A stretch of 64,000 bases of DNA, taken from a virus (lineage: Duplodnaviria > Heunggongvirae > Uroviricota > Caudoviricetes). This document shows positions 48,801-56,380 of the stretch, one piece after another. Location: IMG/VR virus record IMGVR_UViG_3300009165_000005; one strand, given 5' to 3'. The notes under the pieces are model-generated. The model was not told the origin of the DNA and made no database searches. It worked only from the letters and a program-made list of their open reading frames with translations. Every line of letters begins with the position of its first letter. The stretch's first letter is position 1. A program made the position numbers and the translations under genes.

Positions 48801-50774
48801 GTAGGCTCTTGTAGCCGTACCCAAGGTAGTGGTTACCGCAGTCCCATTAACTAGGGTTCTCCAGGTTGCGGAGTACGGGCTGTAGAATGAGTAGGGTTGT
48901 GCCCCTTCATTTGTATAGACCGCATTCCGTGGTGTGGACTGCCCAAACGTAACCGTGACAGTCTCACCTACTGGAGTGCCGCCAACATGCATGGCATCCG
49001 GAATTTGCTCAACACCTCGTGGCCACTGAACGGTTTGAGTAAGCGTCCCGTTCTTGCTCCCGAAGCGAATCTGATACAAATTCTTGTTGAATAAGGTCGA
49101 GAACAACTCATATTGACCAACCCCGATTGGTCCAGGGGTCTTGTTGGTCAAGATGTAGGTGTCATCCACGATCCGGTTGTAGTAGAAGGTAGCGAAGACC
49201 GTCCAATCCGGAGGGAGAGGAGTCTTCAGGGTGATCTTCCGATTGGGACCGTCCACCGCTGTAACAATGGCTGCCGACCTATTGAGAGCATCCTCGAGAT
49301 TGCGGCCTACGCGAGCCACAATGAGGTCAGGACGGTTCGTAATGAGGTCCTGCCGGTTGTTGGCCACGGAGCTATAAAGACTACTCCCAAGGACCGTATC
49401 ACGCCCGTTACCCGTGGTGGGGATCTCGGGGAGAATGAACACGGTGTTGCTGACCGCTGCCGGGATAACGGTTGTGTCAACGTAGGCGTCACACTCAACC
49501 AAGTACAGTTTGTCATCCACCAAGGTGGGAACAATCTGTGAGGAATCGAACGGTTCGGTTCCAGGCGTGTTCAAGGTCGAGGAGACTGAATAGCTGGTAC
49601 CCCAGTGAACAATCGAGACATCGGGGGATGGGTTCACCACCACGAAGTCCTGATTCTGGATATAATCCGAACGTCCCGAACTGATGCCGCATCGGATGAC
49701 ATTCGTTACCAGCGTGTTTGGGAGATAGTCGAACGTGTCCTGCCAGGTATTAGCCCAATAGTTGATCGTAACCGTGGATCCAGGAGCCGGAGCTTGGGCG
49801 AGAGTCACGATACCATTGGTACCATCAACTGCAGTTGGAATTACCTGGACGTTGTTCACCTTCACAACGACCTTGGAGGTATCGGTCGTCGTGATGCCAC
49901 CAGATGTGCCATCCACCACCGGGCGCTGGAAGACTCGGAAGTCCACGTTGCCACTAGCCTTTTGGCCAGAGCTCAATCCGAAGATACCATTCACAGTACC
50001 ATCCCCAATGGTGACTGAGGATACCGCAGTAAAGGTCAGATGACTCTGACCTTGGTTGTCTACGAACACCGAGGTACTGAGACCGGAAATCATACCCGCA
50101 TCGATCTGAGTCTTCAAACTCGAAGCGGTTGAGGTCCCAGAGAGGAAGGTCACGGTGTATTCAGAACCACCATCCACTGAGATCTTCAGGGTATCATTGG
50201 ACCCAGTCGAGATTACGAAGGGCTCGAATCCGGGAGTCGTGATTGAAGGATTGGTCGACGATACCTGATTGGAGACGTCATCCGTGAAGGCAGTATCACC
50301 TCTATGGAAGTAATAGGTGACTCGTACGTTGTCCGTCGGCTGCGGTGGGACTTGAAGGGTGATTTCACCCATAGACCCGAGCACGCTACCAACGGCCACC
50401 GGAGTACCATTCACGGTTACCGATACGGATCGAGAATCATTGGTGACTCGACCAAAGCCTTGACCATCAACCAATGGGAAGTTACGAACCTGGAAGGTAA
50501 CCCTAGATCCATCGTTTGCCCCAAGGATGGGATTACTTGGGTTCGTATTATCCACGATCCAGCGCACACTCACATCCTCATTGACGATCTGCTCGTCAAG
50601 AGTGGAGGAAGAGCCACGCACCATCTCTAGGTCATCTTGCTCCAACTCTTCCTGACCAACACCGATGATGAACGGTATTCGCAGGCCGGCAATAAGAGAA
50701 GCAACGTTGGCTTCAGTCAGAGTGCGGGAGTATACACCTGGAGCAGCATAGGTTGCGAAGGGTCCGAAACTCAT
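45864..50774 (-). CDS. contractile tail sheath protein (about 1636 aa, many inserted domains)
   Basis: N-terminal YAAPGVYSRT; C-terminal sheath core (H...MS....QSER.G.IG, AVAG.TVLE, IRIRQGLTT, FVGTKFL, YYQPIFPLLY). AGGAGA RBS before ATG 50774. Confidence 0.9.
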   Translation of the reverse strand: MSFGPFATYAAPGVYSRTLTEANVASLIAGLRIPFIIGVGQEELEQDDLEMVRGSSSTLDEQIVNEDVSVRWIVDNTNPSNPILGANDGSRVTFQVRNFPLVDGQGFGRVTNDSRSVSVTVNGTPVAVGSVLGSMGEITLQVPPQPTDNVRVTYYFHRGDTAFTDDVSNQVSSTNPSITTPGFEPFVISTGSNDTLKISVDGGSEYTVTFLSGTSTASSLKTQIDAGMISGLSTSVFVDNQGQSHLTFTAVSSVTIGDGTVNGIFGLSSGQKASGNVDFRVFQRPVVDGTSGGITTTDTSKVVVKVNNVQVIPTAVDGTNGIVTLAQAPAPGSTVTINYWANTWQDTFDYLPNTLVTNVIRCGISSGRSDYIQNQDFVVVNPSPDVSIVHWGTSYSVSSTLNTPGTEPFDSSQIVPTLVDDKLYLVECDAYVDTTVIPAAVSNTVFILPEIPTTGNGRDTVLGSSLYSSVANNRQDLITNRPDLIVARVGRNLEDALNRSAAIVTAVDGPNRKITLKTPLPPDWTVFATFYYNRIVDDTYILTNKTPGPIGVGQYELFSTLFNKNLYQIRFGSKNGTLTQTVQWPRGVEQIPDAMHVGGTPVGETVTVTFGQSTPRNAVYTNEGAQPYSFYSPYSATWRTLVNGTAVTTTLGTATRAYLVSQALALSGGALVDTIVTGTNDSLDLAIDGVTLSEVNLLSSSGWTSTGWTGSYNSFTHTTGNTTALSNTFAAVSARVYSLLITITGRTAGTVTAAFGGGTTGAISVTTTTLITASGTGNLVITPTSDFDGTVSISLKAKLTLTAGNPTPADIVTRVNSYIDYVLTGTNYLLTSIPGPGSNSVFFVIRGLSTPAALPGGFDHQSRVTINPGTAETLLGFTTFQTAAGTTGAINKPATLLSSVSNPFTFTSGLNDVFKVRLNGVDFQATLTNEITPTTGWVLGANWSGAYNAFVHATGAVETLTNPMAAIVGATYNFTITITAATAGSIALSFGGDATHTTISATTTFSITASTTASLVITPTTDFDGTVAVNIQSTSAGVIASQIQSVISSQGTASAGTLGNLGKVRITSLVDSPQSSVLILDGTANTILGFNESDSASQTLVTVQEVVDRLMDTLGFAVSSWTGAPTPNATGAVAYPTVINNQTYLTIESLTVGATTSSIGFLSGSNSAFNTTAGTEIVPGTSGDNGESATNNFTVSSSDLVNGSSGTGYPGQTYTDARTGLRFTILPSTTSYATSGAFTLVISQSFNVNPGVPYYAIPGLETIVTNTVNVGVNDTANVQTFNPSGLEPKNGDYYYISYRYMKQDFSTRIFTTFKTIEANYGKLSAENRVTLGAYLAILNGAVLVGITQVQKVPNTNQASAQSFITAINGLTSPLPGNIKPDILVPLSTDTAVYSALTQHCEVMSNIRNQSERMGMIGFASGTSPTTAQTIAKNLFSSRIVAYYPDSVVVTFTDELGNTYESLVDGTFFAAAVAGAVCSPAIDVATPYTHRQIQGFTRIPRIMDPVEANQTAVAGITVLEDLQPIIRIRQGLTTNMTSVLTRLPTVTQIADYVSISSRSVLDAFVGTKFLASRTNEVEVSMTSLFKQLIQQEIVAAFTGISATVDADDPTTLNAEAYYQPIFPLLYLLLVFSLRARA

Positions 50775-50799
50775 GATAGATCTCCTGTCTAACAACAAC

Positions 50800-50961
50800 T
50801 AATCAGCAGTTTCTATCTGATTTGGATCTGATCTGAATTTGGTAAGAGAAAGTTCAGTCTAAGGATCTACATCCGATTTGATCTATCAGGGCGAGCCCTC
50901 AATAACACTACAAGGTGACAAGTGATTTATTCGCCATCACCTGGACAATAACCAACGTCTT
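50800..50961 (-). promoter_or_regulatory. sheath gene leader: AAATCACTTGTC candidate late-promoter motif plus RRAT repeat tract
   Basis: The 12-mer at 50917-50928 is identical to 63121-63132. AGATCAAATCGGATGTAGATCC and AAATTCAGATCAGATCCAAATCAGAT tracts. Confidence 0.5.
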
Positions 50962-51398
50962 CACCCGTCGCTCTTCACTGCCCGTTGTCTTTCGACATTC
51001 ACGGCAAAATCTACCAATTTAGCCCTTGCTTCCCTCTTAGGTTGGACCATTGCTGTGTATTCAGTATACCCCTCACCCTCCACTCGTTCTAGCGCTGGAC
51101 TTCCACCAATCTCCCGTACTTGGTTCTTAACCTTGTCTCGTTCTCGATAGGTTGCCCATCTCATATCCGCACTCCTACCGACAATCTTATCCGCACTCGG
51201 GTAGTCCTGATCGTGAACCCCTGAATTTGCAGGTGCAGTACCACCGGCAGCAAAACCAAACCCGAAGGCTGTCTTGTCGAACAACCTAAGTGCTTCCTCC
51301 TTACATGAAGGGCAAGGATGCGTTGGGTGATCTCCCATCTTCAGAGTGCGATCAAACCTAGTCGAGCACAACGGGCACTCGAAGGTATATCGGGGCAT
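50961..51398 (-). CDS. FmdB-family Zn-ribbon protein
   Basis: Likely start MPRYTFECPLC...F......CPSC at 51398, the classic MPxYxxxCxxC...CPxC pattern. Confidence 0.8.
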   Translation of the reverse strand: MPRYTFECPLCSTRFDRTLKMGDHPTHPCPSCKEEALRLFDKTAFGFGFAAGGTAPANSGVHDQDYPSADKIVGRSADMRWATYRERDKVKNQVREIGGSPALERVEGEGYTEYTAMVQPKREARAKLVDFAVNVERQRAVKSDG

Positions 51399-51411
51399 TG
51401 AGAACCCTCTT

Positions 51412-52578
51412 TCATCCGATTCGTTCGTAACTTGCATTTCGCCCGACAATAACGGGCGTAGTATTGAAGAAAAGCGAAGCCTGGGACAGAGCTTGGATGC
51501 TAGAAGCCCCATCTGGTTTGGTATAAGCTGAGGCTCTACTCACAGTGAAGGGAAGCGGTAGATGCATCTCCCAATCAGACTGAATAGCCACTGTCATTGA
51601 GTAGTTATAGTAGAAGAGTTCGGCGGCCTCATCATAGGTTTCCTCGGCCTCACCACCCATTGAAGTATCCGTGAGTTCGATACCCTCAAAGGAAAGTGCG
51701 CTCCTCTTCTCCGCCCAAAGGTACATGAAAACCAAATCCGCAATCTCCTCAACTTGAATCGGGTCTCTGGAGATCACGTCAAGATCGAAGGAGGCATCGA
51801 ATCTACCCCCGTATGCCTGAGCAGTCTCAACTCGGTCTGAGTAGATCACCACCGCTTGCTTATCCCCAACCCTACCTCTCTTGCCGAAAGCGAGTACCAC
51901 CCCAGGTAGGGTGGTCCAGTCCGCAGTGTTCCAAGACCAATTGATAGGACCGATTGACGGAGCCGCATACCGATAGTCTGCAGTGATTAGAGATCCTGGA
52001 AAGAAACCCGTGAGGAAGTGTAACTCACGAGTTTCGTAGTCAATCGTATAGTCCGAGCCTTCAACTAGTAGAAGATTCCTGTTGGTCCAGAGCCTAAGAG
52101 TTCCCTGAACAGGTTGATTCTGAAGATTGGCTAGGACTACAGGCCCTTCCTGAATCTGAATGACTGGTTCATCGGTGATGGTCAGCAGTGGATCAATGAT
52201 GAACTCACCGAACTCCCCAGGAGAAGTGGGAGCTGACAAGCACTCTATGTAATAGACCCCCGCGGGGATCGGCATCGAATCCCCGTTCTCTCTGACAACA
52301 TTCAAGTCCTCTTTCACCCATTCAAGTAGGTATGCTGGCTCATTGTAGTAGGCCAGCATAACGTGACTTTCTATGGATCCTAGGTAATTCTGAGCGGATA
52401 CTTGAACTTTGTTCCCTGAAGATCCCTTGACCACGATCCCATATTGGGGACGCTCATCAAAGGCAAACTTGTTCTGTATAAAAGGTACGATCTTCTCATA
52501 CACAGGATGTCTTGAAAAGCTATCCTGCAACTCAAGTATGAGACGTCGTTTCAGAGATGAGATCAGGTAGAAGTACAT
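51412..52578 (-). CDS. putative tail terminator/completion protein
   Basis: 388 aa upstream of the sheath. C-terminal FDLDVISRDP.QVEEIADL and FYYNYSMTV.IQSDW resemble terminator-type folds. Confidence 0.5.
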   Translation of the reverse strand: MYFYLISSLKRRLILELQDSFSRHPVYEKIVPFIQNKFAFDERPQYGIVVKGSSGNKVQVSAQNYLGSIESHVMLAYYNEPAYLLEWVKEDLNVVRENGDSMPIPAGVYYIECLSAPTSPGEFGEFIIDPLLTITDEPVIQIQEGPVVLANLQNQPVQGTLRLWTNRNLLLVEGSDYTIDYETRELHFLTGFFPGSLITADYRYAAPSIGPINWSWNTADWTTLPGVVLAFGKRGRVGDKQAVVIYSDRVETAQAYGGRFDASFDLDVISRDPIQVEEIADLVFMYLWAEKRSALSFEGIELTDTSMGGEAEETYDEAAELFYYNYSMTVAIQSDWEMHLPLPFTVSRASAYTKPDGASSIQALSQASLFFNTTPVIVGRNASYERIG

Positions 52579-53615
52579 TAAGTGTACTCATTCTCCGCAA
52601 GCACCAGCAACCCATCCGCCACGGCATTGAGGGGATCCACTGCTTTCCGAACCTCTGAAATGGGGATTGGGAACCCCCCCTTCTTGAGCTCCTCGAATTC
52701 CTCATTGAACACGTCAAGAAAGCCTTCGGCCAAGGTTGTACCTCCAGAAACAACTAGAGGAATCGGATCCATAAGCCTTGAGTCACTTTGCTCCTTTTTG
52801 ATCTTGGCAGCCGTGACCTTCAGGCAATGACGGATCAAGGTCCGAACATAAACTGAGATAGCTTCGATCTCCGGATTTTCACTGGAGGGCTTGGAAAGAC
52901 TGAAACCCCCACGTTCCTTAAGGAGACACATACGAGCAGCCGTGGATCCAGTGGCTTGAGCCGCGTTGGTATCGATCCAATCCCCACCACCCTTGGAGAT
53001 GGAGAAGTTCAACCCCATGAGTGTATTATAGGAGAGAGCCACATTGCAGAGCCCAGCTCCGAAGGACATTGACAAACCAGAGTAGCTACTGCTGGCACAT
53101 TCCGAATAGATGATGGCCATGGCCTCATTGACTGGGTGAGCTGTGTAACCACGCTTGCTGATGATTCTACGAAACAACTCCGTATGAAACACTGCATTCT
53201 GACCTGGAAGGTCGATTGGATCTGCAGGAACTGAGTAGAAACAGTGCTCGCCTACTTCGGCGGGTTCATCCAGCACACTATGGACCAAGTACTTCAGAAT
53301 CTTCTGAGCTCTCAAGGCATCCGGAGAGATCAGGCCCTTTGAAAGAGGCCTTTTGACCTCTTGCTTGAAGAGGTTGGCCATCTGAAAAGACTTTTCGCCT
53401 GTAACTACCAAAACCTCTTCAAATTCGATGTAAGGAATGTTGCTCAGTTTCAAGGTCTTGACGTTATCTACTTCCAACTCGATGTAGGCATCGGTGACTT
53501 GCTTACGCTTGCTCAAACCGCCAGATGGGTTGGCCCGAGAAGCTACGAAATTCATGGTTCCAATATCAAGGCCCACACCTAAGTGCTCACTTGTCATCTG
53601 ATCCTTCCTTTTCAT
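52578..53615 (-). CDS. actin-like ATPase (MreB/MamK/ParM superfamily)
   Basis: Phosphate-1 GLDIGTMN, RPLSKGLI, connect VNEAMA, phosphate-2 SFGAGLCN, GGGDWID, adenosine VVSGGT, final DPLNAVADG. Confidence 0.85.
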   Translation of the reverse strand: MKRKDQMTSEHLGVGLDIGTMNFVASRANPSGGLSKRKQVTDAYIELEVDNVKTLKLSNIPYIEFEEVLVVTGEKSFQMANLFKQEVKRPLSKGLISPDALRAQKILKYLVHSVLDEPAEVGEHCFYSVPADPIDLPGQNAVFHTELFRRIISKRGYTAHPVNEAMAIIYSECASSSYSGLSMSFGAGLCNVALSYNTLMGLNFSISKGGGDWIDTNAAQATGSTAARMCLLKERGGFSLSKPSSENPEIEAISVYVRTLIRHCLKVTAAKIKKEQSDSRLMDPIPLVVSGGTTLAEGFLDVFNEEFEELKKGGFPIPISEVRKAVDPLNAVADGLLVLAENEYT

Positions 53616-53627
53616 CTGATTTGATCC

Positions 53628-54329
53628 TCAGGCCAATCGTTGTCTGAGCAGATAGAGGTGGGCTTCATGCTTGTCCTCAATGCCTGCCAACATGTTGTCG
53701 ATACCGCGGGATAGTTGGCCCTTCTCTTTCATGACTTTGGCGATCTCAGCTAAGCAAGCCATGAACTGAGTCTCTGCTAGGAGACTGACTTCGAGGTACG
53801 CCTTGGGATTGTCACTGCCAGTGGACTGAACCCCATCCCCACAGTACTTCTCGACAATATGTGAGACAATCCTTGCCTGAAGACCAGGGTGCATCGTATC
53901 CAGAGGGCACCCGGTCCCAATGGCCTTCTCTGCCACCCCATCAACGTCCTCGACGGTCTGGTCGTAAAGGCGTTCGAACAAGAGGTGGTCGGCGTAGTAG
54001 GTCTCTCCATGGGTTAACCAATGGTGACTCTGGTGGATGTTAACCAACGCCTTCAAGAACACGAGGACCGTTGGTAGTCCATAACCCAACCCCTTCGCCA
54101 TCTTGTTTGCAGCCGCCACCAATGTCCGCTGAGAAGCCTGTCGATCCATACGGACCTTCATTCCAGGAAGATAGGGGGGACCATGAAAGAACGGATCATA
54201 CGAAGATGGATCCTGCCAAATCGTAAAGGTAGCATCATCCGGTGGAGTACTCGAGGAGCTAACCCCAGGGTGCTCAGGAGTTGGAAAGAATGAAGGGTCA
54301 GTACTCGCGATCTTCCAACATTTTTCCAT
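53628..54329 (-). CDS. Dps/ferritin-like protein with N-terminal extension
   Basis: HHWLTHG..YYADHLLFERLY....EDVDGVAEK matches the Dps ferroxidase motif. C-terminal DKHEAHLYLL. Confidence 0.8.
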   Translation of the reverse strand: MEKCWKIASTDPSFFPTPEHPGVSSSSTPPDDATFTIWQDPSSYDPFFHGPPYLPGMKVRMDRQASQRTLVAAANKMAKGLGYGLPTVLVFLKALVNIHQSHHWLTHGETYYADHLLFERLYDQTVEDVDGVAEKAIGTGCPLDTMHPGLQARIVSHIVEKYCGDGVQSTGSDNPKAYLEVSLLAETQFMACLAEIAKVMKEKGQLSRGIDNMLAGIEDKHEAHLYLLRQRLA

Positions 54330-55144
54330 TAGATCCTCCCGAGACGTTCTTCTAACTGCTTAGCTACTACGGTGCAAGTTGAAGCCAATTCCAGAATTTC
54401 AGGCTGAACCTTGGCCATAACAGCAGTTGAATCCTCAGCCCTCAAAGAGGCGAGTACCTTCTCGTACTGAGCGGTGATGACTTTGATCGCCGGATGCTCT
54501 GCACCACTCTTGAGGATGTCAGCGGCTATGACTACTTGATCCTGAGCACTCTTGAGGTTGCGGTGTGCAGTCTTGAGTTTCGGGATCGCGTAGTTGAGGT
54601 CGAACTGATCAGAGTCTTTTAAACGCTCCTCCAACTCCAGAATACCCATACCCTCAGCTTGAAGTTTACTGGCCCCCTCTGGGTCATAACCCTTGGCCTG
54701 CAACATCCTCTTCATCTCGGATAAGTCACCAAGCTCCGGGTCTTCCGGTTCAGCCTTATCCAACTTCAATTCCTTGCCCACCTCACTCAAAGTGAACTTC
54801 ACTGGCTTCGCAGGAAACGTCTTACCCGTGAAGGGAGATTTGACGGACCCAACAAGACGTTGACTGCAATAGAAGGACGCTCCCTCTGGATCGACATACT
54901 TCCAGAGGGCTCCTTTGACCTTCGCATCACTGGATCTCAGCTCCTTCGCAACATCAGTCAGAGATTGACGGACAGGCTTCGGAGTGAACGTCTTCCCTGT
55001 GAACGGTGAACGAGTTGTACCAAGCCTGCGTTCTTCCAAGTAGAAGACTTCGCCATCCGGATCCGAGTACTTCCAAAGAATTGCTGCTGCCATCTTTTCA
55101 AGCATGGATCCTATGCGGTTTAGAAGCCTGTCTTTGGCGCTCAT
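54329..55144 (-). CDS. hypothetical protein with tandem duplicated Cys-less Zn-ribbon-like domain
   Basis: LWKY.DP.G..FY...R..G...SPFTGKTF..KPV...L..V.KEL occurs twice. Confidence 0.6.
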   Translation of the reverse strand: MSAKDRLLNRIGSMLEKMAAAILWKYSDPDGEVFYLEERRLGTTRSPFTGKTFTPKPVRQSLTDVAKELRSSDAKVKGALWKYVDPEGASFYCSQRLVGSVKSPFTGKTFPAKPVKFTLSEVGKELKLDKAEPEDPELGDLSEMKRMLQAKGYDPEGASKLQAEGMGILELEERLKDSDQFDLNYAIPKLKTAHRNLKSAQDQVVIAADILKSGAEHPAIKVITAQYEKVLASLRAEDSTAVMAKVQPEILELASTCTVVAKQLEERLGRI

Positions 55145-55178
55145 ATTCAATCTCCGTACTTGCCGGATACCAAGAACT

Positions 55179-55877
55179 TTAACCGCCCTTCTTCTTGCGA
55201 AGCTCCTTCAGTGCCCTTACCGACTCATTCACCCGACCACTATCGAAAGTACTCTCTCGAGCAGTCATCTTCTTTGACGATTTAGGTGGTTCTAGGACAG
55301 AACTTGAGATGAACACTGGCATCTCAGGCTCAAGTTCAATCTCGTCTTCAACCTTGATTTCTGGAGGAGCTTCAGCCGCGCTCATCTGGACCCCTACTAA
55401 AACAGGGAGACCATCGAGCTTCCCGAGGATGGTGGATAACTTCGAGTCCTCTTCCTTCAACTTAGCTACTTCAGCTCTGAGTTTGCTGACATCGGCTAGA
55501 AGTTGACCGCATTCCGTTCTAGATGACTCCAAATCAGACCTCAACTTCTGAATCTCGAGAGTTGAGGTCTTCAGGTCAGCCAAAGCCTTCTGAAGTTGGG
55601 TACGAAGTTCAATGATCTCAGGAGTATCGATCGGAGGTGCGACAACTTGTGGCTCCGGAGGGTTCACTTTTGGTTGAGTAGTTACCTTGTTGTCCAATCT
55701 TGGATTGGTATCCAGCCTGATAATCTTGTTCTCGGACATGAGACGACCTAAGTCTCTCGAGTCACAAGCCAAGTTTCCAGGAATGGTCGTGGCTACCCCA
55801 CGAGGCACATTAAAACGAATATCGTGCACAACAAGGTTTTCAGAGACAGCTTGAACAATCATATCACCTGAGCTCAT
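55179..55877 (-). CDS. coiled-coil protein (possible adaptor of the actin-like ATPase)
   Basis: Central heptad region ELRTQLQKALADLK...LKEEDSKL, acidic linker, basic C-terminus. Confidence 0.55.
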   Translation of the reverse strand: MSSGDMIVQAVSENLVVHDIRFNVPRGVATTIPGNLACDSRDLGRLMSENKIIRLDTNPRLDNKVTTQPKVNPPEPQVVAPPIDTPEIIELRTQLQKALADLKTSTLEIQKLRSDLESSRTECGQLLADVSKLRAEVAKLKEEDSKLSTILGKLDGLPVLVGVQMSAAEAPPEIKVEDEIELEPEMPVFISSSVLEPPKSSKKMTARESTFDSGRVNESVRALKELRKKKGG

Positions 55878-56380
55878 AATATTCGAATCACCTTCTTAGC
55901 TGCATTTTTGGCTACTGCTACCACCTCAGAGACGATAGCTTTTCTGATCTGGGTCTTGGCTTCCTTCTTAGCAACCTCAACAAAGTCATAAGGAGGGCGC
56001 CCAGGATGAATCCACTTCCCGTCAGCCATCGACTTGATGGTAGCTGATCTAAAGATCAACTTTCCATCCTCTGTGATGATGGGAATGGGTGCCCTAGCCC
56101 TAGTCAACCACGTCATCTGACCCTTACGTTGACCCTTCATGAGATAGGTAAACGCCGGATGCTTAGAGTAGAGAGTGAGTGACGAGGGACCCACCTCGAC
56201 AACGAGAGACTTCGCCAGAGCTTTCTTTGCCCTCTCTGAGAAGGTAGATTGAACTAGTTTGTCACGCAACCTTCTGAGGACACTGTGCTTTACTCGATTC
56301 AGAGCATTCTCTGGGCTAACGCCAAGACCTCGTAAAAGAGGCTTGCCGTAAAGTGTAGTTAACCTATGCCCTTCAGCCAT
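55874..56380 (-). CDS. putative neck / tail-completion protein (basic, HK97 gp10-like)
   Basis: Basic 168 aa with IFRSA....GKWIHPG.PPYDFVE.AK. Coupled to the neck gene. Confidence 0.55.
   Translation of the reverse strand: MAEGHRLTTLYGKPLLRGLGVSPENALNRVKHSVLRRLRDKLVQSTFSERAKKALAKSLVVEVGPSSLTLYSKHPAFTYLMKGQRKGQMTWLTRARAPIPIITEDGKLIFRSATIKSMADGKWIHPGRPPYDFVEVAKKEAKTQIRKAIVSEVVAVAKNAAKKVIRIL

Noticed and set aside
86-50774. Extracellular contractile injection system / tailocin / T6SS
   Set aside because: Neck-like genes, multiple homing endonucleases, a long tape measure, and no Afp15-type AAA+ ATPase or T6SS membrane genes point to a phage. The capsid is not in the window, so this rests on inference.
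51399-51512. N-terminal extension of the FmdB ORF given in the track (likewise upstream starts at 50798, 44129 and 58160)
   Set aside because: Downstream ATGs match family N-termini and/or have better RBSs; the FmdB extension overlaps the upstream gene.
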